A stretch of DNA of 64,000 nucleotides. Source: an uncultured Aminicenantes bacterium (GTDB lineage: Bacteria; Acidobacteriota; Aminicenantia; UBA2199). Below the pieces are notes generated by a model, which worked only from the letters and a program-made list of their open reading frames with translations, did not search any database and was not told the DNA's origin. Below, piece after piece: positions 58,609 to 64,000 of the stretch (its first letter is position 1; each line of letters begins with the position of its first letter). Location of the stretch: assembly GCA_965195285.1 (NCBI GenBank), contig CBDAFS010000061.1, forward strand, positions 1-64,000, given 5' to 3'. The translations under genes and the position numbers were made by a program.

Positions 58609-59987
58609 CCTCTGAATTTTTCTGCTTCCGGATCGATCCGGCTTTCCTCACCCTTTCGCCAAAATTCCAAATAGAAACCGGTATCATTTTTTTGAACCCT
58701 CTTGATCAAGATCCAAAATCCCCGGAAAGTTTTCCATCGTCCCGCGGATATGAAAAGAATTTCACCGGGAATCCTGTTCTGATAAACCAGATTTCGACTC
58801 CCATTTTCGATTTTATAAAAAAAGAGAGTATCAGTTCCCCTTGAATAATCGCTAATAGCGAGCCAATCCCCTCCCAGTGCGTTCAGGCATGACCCGCGTT
58901 TGGTGTTTTCCTTGGTCCTCTCTTCAAAATCAGAAGCAAAAAAACGGTACCGGTATTTTTTATCGATCATGTGAATGGACATCAGTGTACCCTTATCAGA
59001 GGCGAAATCCAGTGCATAAAATTCCGGAATCTTTTTTTCAAAAATTTTACCGTCTTTAAAATCGGAACTCTCCATGGCCTTCAGGAAGATTTTATTGACA
59101 AAATAATTCTTGCCCAGATCATATTTTGATCCGGCCAGATAATATTGCTGGTTAACCTGGATAAGGCGGAAGGGTACAAACTCAACAGTGGAAAAGGCTT
59201 CCCATTGATCGTTCCGGAACCGGAACACCTGTGAACGGGGGGAAAAATTGCCTCCTGCGGTAAGAAATAAATTTTCCTTAATTCCAAAAACAGAAAGCTT
59301 TCCTTCAAATTCCAAAACCGGATAATATGGCCTTCCCCACTGAAGAGGGAGAGAAGATACTTTGACCAGCTGATTGTTATCCAGCTTGAACACCTCAATC
59401 CGTTCCGGATAATAAAAAAAATACTGATGTTCTCCCGATGGAACCTGAATGGTTTTTATATCCAAGAGTCCCTGGCGGGCATCCATTTCAATAACTTTGG
59501 AAAAGCCCAGGGATCTGAAGCCCAATTCCCTGATGTTTAAAATCCGCTTTTCACCTGCATTCAAGCGGACCTCCTTATACTGAACGTATACAATTTTATC
59601 CAGGGTTTTTGAAAAAACCACCAAGCCGGCTCCCAGTTTCTCTCTGTTTCTGATCAACTTGACATAGAGCAAATAATTAAGACCGGATACATTGCCGAGG
59701 TTGAATTCACCCCGGTTTTGGTTAAAATTGATCATTAAATCCGTAAATCGGATCCGAGCATCAGATTCCAATTTGGAAACCAACAGCTGATAAAATTTAT
59801 GGGCAGTCATATCAGATAAACCGGAAAAATTATCAAAGGTCACGATTGAGGCACGGACAAGATTCTCGCGGGAAAAAAATTCATGAATACCTTTGGCTGA
59901 ACTGGCAGCCAGATGATCCAGGCCCTGACCGAAGATGATTCCGGACAAAAAGATAACCAGGCCGCAAAATAACGTCTTTTTTTTCAT
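58605..59987 (-). CDS. Hypothetical exported protein
   Basis: Signal peptide; long ORF in operon context. Confidence 0.7.
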   Translation of the reverse strand: MKKKTLFCGLVIFLSGIIFGQGLDHLAASSAKGIHEFFSRENLVRASIVTFDNFSGLSDMTAHKFYQLLVSKLESDARIRFTDLMINFNQNRGEFNLGNVSGLNYLLYVKLIRNREKLGAGLVVFSKTLDKIVYVQYKEVRLNAGEKRILNIRELGFRSLGFSKVIEMDARQGLLDIKTIQVPSGEHQYFFYYPERIEVFKLDNNQLVKVSSLPLQWGRPYYPVLEFEGKLSVFGIKENLFLTAGGNFSPRSQVFRFRNDQWEAFSTVEFVPFRLIQVNQQYYLAGSKYDLGKNYFVNKIFLKAMESSDFKDGKIFEKKIPEFYALDFASDKGTLMSIHMIDKKYRYRFFASDFEERTKENTKRGSCLNALGGDWLAISDYSRGTDTLFFYKIENGSRNLVYQNRIPGEILFISAGRWKTFRGFWILIKRVQKNDTGFYLEFWRKGEESRIDPEAEKFRG

Positions 59988-60001
59988 CTCAACAATGTTT
60001 A

Positions 60002-61078
60002 TTAGTTCTTTTTCAACTGGATATGAAGATTCAGTTTGATTTTGATTTCATCTTCATTTGGAGGTATTTTGATTTCAATCGGGATATCAAAATCTTTCAT
60101 ATCCGAGTCCAGAACAATTTTGGCTGCAATTTCCCTCTGATCGTTCCTGTTATCTCCGATTTTTTTTTCAACCGTTTTCAGGGCATCGATTTTACTATCT
60201 GCCAGAAGCCCATCCTCTATCCTCACTTCCGGTATGTCGAGTTTCGAGTCGCTGCTTTCCATAATGCTCTCAATATCCAGATTGAACACATCATCGCTCT
60301 TTTGCAAATCCTCTTTATCAGATGATTCCTCATCAAGTATTTCAGATAACTCAAAAACCTCTTCTTTCTCGGTATCTTCCTGTATATCGGAATCGGAAGC
60401 CTGAAAATCCTTCAGCATCCCTTCTTTCTTGGTCGCTTTTGATGTAATCTCCTCTCTTGAGAACATGACGGTCTTGTCCTTTTGAAATACAGATAATTTG
60501 TTTTTCAAATGAATGATAACCATCTTTATGCTGGCATGAAGTCCTTCCAGAATATTTTCACCGGTGGTGGCCACAGTGGGAAAAAAGGATTTGTTTTCAG
60601 GATTCAAATCCTTGTTCAGTTCCTCCAGGGGGAGAATTTCTTTCAAATCCCTCTTGTTGTACTGAAGGATGATAGGAATCTCCATGGACGGTATCTTGTT
60701 CAATTCGAGGTTCTTCTTCATATTATTGTAACTCTCAATATTTTGTTCCCTAATGGTCACCTGGGAATCCGCTACAAATACAATCCCATCAGCTCCCTGA
60801 AGGACCAGCTTCCGGGTGGTATCATAGGAAACCTGGCCCGGGACCGTATACAGTTGAATTTTAATTGAGTAATCACCCAGCTTTCCGATTTCAATGGGCA
60901 GGAAATCAAAAAATAGGGTCCGGTCACCATCCGTATCCAGGGTGATCAATTTTCCCTTGTTACCGAACTCCGGACAGGAGTAAATATATCTCAAGCAGGT
61001 GGTTTTTCCGCTCAGGGCAGGTCCGTAATAGACGATTTTGACGGTAATTTCTTTATTATTATAGTTTACAAATGCCAT
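60002..61078 (-). CDS. mglA: MglA-like small GTPase with an acidic C-terminal extension
   Basis: KIVYYGPALSGKTT, DRTLFFDFLP, LYTVPGQV, RKLVLQGADGIVFVADSQ, QYNKRDL. Confidence 0.88.
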   Translation of the reverse strand: MAFVNYNNKEITVKIVYYGPALSGKTTCLRYIYSCPEFGNKGKLITLDTDGDRTLFFDFLPIEIGKLGDYSIKIQLYTVPGQVSYDTTRKLVLQGADGIVFVADSQVTIREQNIESYNNMKKNLELNKIPSMEIPIILQYNKRDLKEILPLEELNKDLNPENKSFFPTVATTGENILEGLHASIKMVIIHLKNKLSVFQKDKTVMFSREEITSKATKKEGMLKDFQASDSDIQEDTEKEEVFELSEILDEESSDKEDLQKSDDVFNLDIESIMESSDSKLDIPEVRIEDGLLADSKIDALKTVEKKIGDNRNDQREIAAKIVLDSDMKDFDIPIEIKIPPNEDEIKIKLNLHIQLKKN

Positions 61079-61080
61079 GG

Positions 61081-61581
61081 CTAAAAAGGATCACTGTTAC
61101 TTTCATCATAGGGGAATTCATTAATATCCTTTTCTGGCGGGGATTGAGTTTGATCCTGTGGCGAGGAATGGCCGGGATCCTGCTCCGGACTGGATGACTG
61201 GTCATCTCGCTGACTACCTGAATAAGAGGTTGATCTATCTGATTTTTCCAGAATAACCAGATTGTCAACATGAATCTCTGTGGTTCGCCTGTCCTGGCCG
61301 TTTTTATCCTGCCATTTTCTGGTTTTCAGTCTCCCTTCAATCAGAACCATAGAACCTTTGCTGATATTTTTTTCAATCTTCTGGACATTCCAACCCCAGG
61401 CAACAAGGTTGTGCCATTCGGTAATATCTTTCCATTGCTTGTTTTGATCCATATAGCCTTCATTGGTTGCTATGCTGAATTTGGCTACATCTTTCTCCAG
61501 GCTGGGAATATGGGTGATTTCTGGGTCCTTACCCACTCTCCCCACCAAAATAACTTTGTTCAGGCTTCTTACATGACTCAT
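61081..61581 (-). CDS. ssb: Single-stranded DNA-binding protein
   Basis: LNKVILVGRVGKDPE, TEWHN, EGRLKTRKW, C-terminal DPF. Confidence 0.96.
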   Translation of the reverse strand: MSHVRSLNKVILVGRVGKDPEITHIPSLEKDVAKFSIATNEGYMDQNKQWKDITEWHNLVAWGWNVQKIEKNISKGSMVLIEGRLKTRKWQDKNGQDRRTTEIHVDNLVILEKSDRSTSYSGSQRDDQSSSPEQDPGHSSPQDQTQSPPEKDINEFPYDESNSDPF

Positions 61582-61585
61582 GGTT

Positions 61586-62344
61586 TTATTCCATTATTTC
61601 TCGTACTCTCTGCTGGGCCAGGGATGCTTCTTCAGATAGGGGAAATTTTGAAATCAATCCCTTCAAAACCCCGGCCCCCTCACTCTGTTTTCCCATCTCA
61701 ATCAGGGCAAAACCCCTTTTCAGCATGGCTGCCGGAATTTTATCCCCATCCGAATATTGATTGATTAAGCGTTCAAAAGTATTGGCCGCCTCCTGATACT
61801 TCTTCTGGGCATAATAGCACTCCCCGATCCAATAGAGGGAATTATCAGCGAGACCATTCCGGGGGAACAACTGAATAAACTGATTGAATCCTTTAATGGC
61901 TAATTCGTAATTTTTTTTCAGGTAGTCGGAATACGAAGTGTAGTATATATTCTCCGGTGACTGGAGTAATGATTCCTGCCCGTTCTCAATGTCCAGCCCC
62001 TGGCTGTCCTGAAGATCTTTTCGGGAAAGCATCATCAATCCATCATTGATTTTGGTGATTTTATTTTTTAATTCGTTGATTTCTTCTTTGATAAACTGAA
62101 GGCTCAAATTGAGGCTTTCTCGATTCTGATTAAAATCTGCCTGGTTCTGGGTCAGGGCACTCACCTTGTTATCAATGATCTCAACCCTTCTATCCAGACT
62201 GCTTATCTGCTGTTCGAGCCCCTGGATCACCCGGGTCAGTTTATGGATTTCCGTGATAATTAATTTTGTAGATTTGCTGAGTGAATAACCAGGGGAAAGT
62301 CCAATCCACAGCAGGCATAAAAGGAAAACAACGGATTTTTTCAT
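61586..62344 (-). CDS. cpoB: Tol-Pal system protein CpoB (YbgF)
   Basis: Coiled coil followed by TPRs (LADNSLYWIGECYY, AAMLKRG); adjacent to pal. Confidence 0.9.
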   Translation of the reverse strand: MKKSVVFLLCLLWIGLSPGYSLSKSTKLIITEIHKLTRVIQGLEQQISSLDRRVEIIDNKVSALTQNQADFNQNRESLNLSLQFIKEEINELKNKITKINDGLMMLSRKDLQDSQGLDIENGQESLLQSPENIYYTSYSDYLKKNYELAIKGFNQFIQLFPRNGLADNSLYWIGECYYAQKKYQEAANTFERLINQYSDGDKIPAAMLKRGFALIEMGKQSEGAGVLKGLISKFPLSEEASLAQQRVREIME

Positions 62345-62347
62345 TCT

Positions 62348-62884
62348 CTATTTCTTGATGATAACGAACTCCACCCTCCTGTTCTGATAATGGCTTTCTT
62401 CATCCATACCCTTCATCACCGGTTTGGTCTTGCCATAAGAAATAATCTTAACCCGATCCGGTTTAATTCCCAGCGAAACCAGGTAATTGAGGGCAGATTC
62501 GGCTCTTTTTTCACCCAAAGCCATATTGTATTCAAACGTACCCCTTTCATCACAATGACCTTCCATCAATATGTCAACATTGCCATGTTTCAATAACCAA
62601 TCCGCATTCCTGTGCAGTACGGGTTTCATATTGTCCTTAATATCATATTTATCAAAATCGAAATAGATCCTTTTCAAATAACCTGCCTTATTGGCTTCTT
62701 CCAGTGACCGCTTCTGAAAAAGCTCTTCTTCGGTCAGCACCGGTCTATCTACTTTGGGAACATCCTCATCCACTTTTTCCACGGTCTCCTGAACCGGTTC
62801 GGTCTCGGGTCCCTTTTTCTTACAGGAATCAAAAAATGTCAACAGTGTAAAACCAATAAAAATAATAATAAATAATCTTTTCAT
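62348..62884 (-). CDS. pal: Peptidoglycan-associated lipoprotein
   Basis: IYFDFDK, EGHCDERGTFEYNMALGEKRA, SYGK, QNRRVEF. Confidence 0.95.
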   Translation of the reverse strand: MKRLFIIIFIGFTLLTFFDSCKKKGPETEPVQETVEKVDEDVPKVDRPVLTEEELFQKRSLEEANKAGYLKRIYFDFDKYDIKDNMKPVLHRNADWLLKHGNVDILMEGHCDERGTFEYNMALGEKRAESALNYLVSLGIKPDRVKIISYGKTKPVMKGMDEESHYQNRRVEFVIIKK

Positions 62885-63038
62885 TAAGTCCTCCTTTGTC
62901 GGAGAATTTCTCCTCTGCGGAAATCATTCTCCATCTCCTGCTCTGCAGGAAACCATATTATCATTCAATGCATAATTTTTTAAATGACAATCCAGTTTAC
63001 CTATTTATTTATAATATACAAAACTGCATTTGTCAAAT

Positions 63039-64000
63039 CTATCTAACCTTTTTTTGCCACTCGGGCATTTTATTCTCACCCTTGAATGTAATCTGTCTGA
63101 CATTCGATCCGTCATAGTCCATCAAATACAATTGATAATCACCCCCCCGGGTGGAAGAAAAAACCAGGTGTCTTCCATCCGGCGACCAGGACGGGTTTTC
63201 ATTCCTTCCCGCATTCTCGGTCAGCTTGATAATGGAATTGCTTCTCAGATTGTACACATAGATATCGAACCGGTATTCAACCCTGGAAACATAGGCAATA
63301 CGGGTTCCCTCCGGTGACCAGGACGGTGAATCGTGGTAGGTGCCTTCAAAGGTAATCCTTCTGATATTGGTGCCCTCGGCATCCATAATATAGATCTGGG
63401 GTGTGCCGCTTCTCTGGGAAGTAAACACAATTTCCCGGGCATTTGGACTCCAGTAAGGACTGGTATCAATGATCCGGTTGAAAGTCAGCCTCTTTTCTTT
63501 TCCGGTCTTTATATTCAACAGATAGATTTCGGCATTCCCCGATTTTGTCGAGGTATAGACCACCCGGTCACCTTCCGGAGACCAGTCGGCCGAATAATTT
63601 GTCCCTCTTGAGGAGAGCACCCGCGACTTCCCGGTATATATAGAAAAGGAATAAAGATCCGGATTGTTATTTTTATAGCTGGTATAGAGTATGCCCTCAT
63701 TGTTGATGTTCCAGGAGGGGAAGCAGTCAATATAATCATTATAGGTAATTCGCCGGATTCTTTTTCCGTCATAATCCATGATATAGATTTCTTCGTTTCC
63801 ATCCCGGTTGGATACGAAAACAAGCTTGGAAACGAAAAGGGCCTTTTCACCGAAATATTTCATCATTTCATCGGCTGCCCGATGGGCAATCAACCTGGTG
63901 AATTCCTTCTTACCGCCAAAGTTTCGCCCGAATATGAATTTTTCACTGTTCACTTCATATACTTTGAAGGAGAAAATAATCCTCCCGGCCGGGGAAACTT
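63039..64000 (-). CDS. tolB: Tol-Pal beta-propeller protein TolB (5' end outside the window)
   Basis: PD40 repeats (SPSWSPEG, NPSWSPDGRH); AHRAADE; upstream of pal. Confidence 0.92.
   Translation of the reverse strand, partial: VSPAGRIIFSFKVYEVNSEKFIFGRNFGGKKEFTRLIAHRAADEMMKYFGEKALFVSKLVFVSNRDGNEEIYIMDYDGKRIRRITYNDYIDCFPSWNINNEGILYTSYKNNNPDLYSFSIYTGKSRVLSSRGTNYSADWSPEGDRVVYTSTKSGNAEIYLLNIKTGKEKRLTFNRIIDTSPYWSPNAREIVFTSQRSGTPQIYIMDAEGTNIRRITFEGTYHDSPSWSPEGTRIAYVSRVEYRFDIYVYNLRSNSIIKLTENAGRNENPSWSPDGRHLVFSSTRGGDYQLYLMDYDGSNVRQITFKGENKMPEWQKKVR

Overview
A 64-kb chromosomal segment from a diderm bacterium. Gene content and protein style suggest Candidatus Aminicenantes / Acidobacteriota (inference). 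It has three parts. (1) A housekeeping backbone: ilvC, S46 peptidase, glyA, rnhB-rplS, ctpA-proS, murB, mce, citF and a citD-citE fusion, era, ileS-lspA-lgt-rluD-PPIases, an mglA-like GTPase, ssb, cpoB-pal-tolB. (2) A very AT-rich minus-strand block (~4.0-12.1 kb) that starts at a canonical sigma54 promoter and carries a stand-alone AraC HTH, a decayed Ig-like gene, a 1392-aa TPR sigma54 activator, a DnaB-like ATPase and dppBC permeases. (3) An accessory array (~12.3-22.4 kb) of lipoprotein and small-transporter genes separated by ten same-orientation 17-bp sites (consensus TGTCAAGGCCTGNCCCC), GTAG-type REP doublets and degenerate short tandem repeats. The 17-bp sites resemble the perfect 24-bp terminal inverted repeats flanking a RAYT-type Y1 HUH transposase at 47.1-48.1 kb. 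Several sit 3-10 bp after stop codons, and they delimit a duplicated gene. The main candidate novelty is an integron-like gene-cassette array punctuated by HUH-transposase end sequences. No rRNA, tRNA or CRISPR array was seen. All family assignments come from motif recognition, not database searches.
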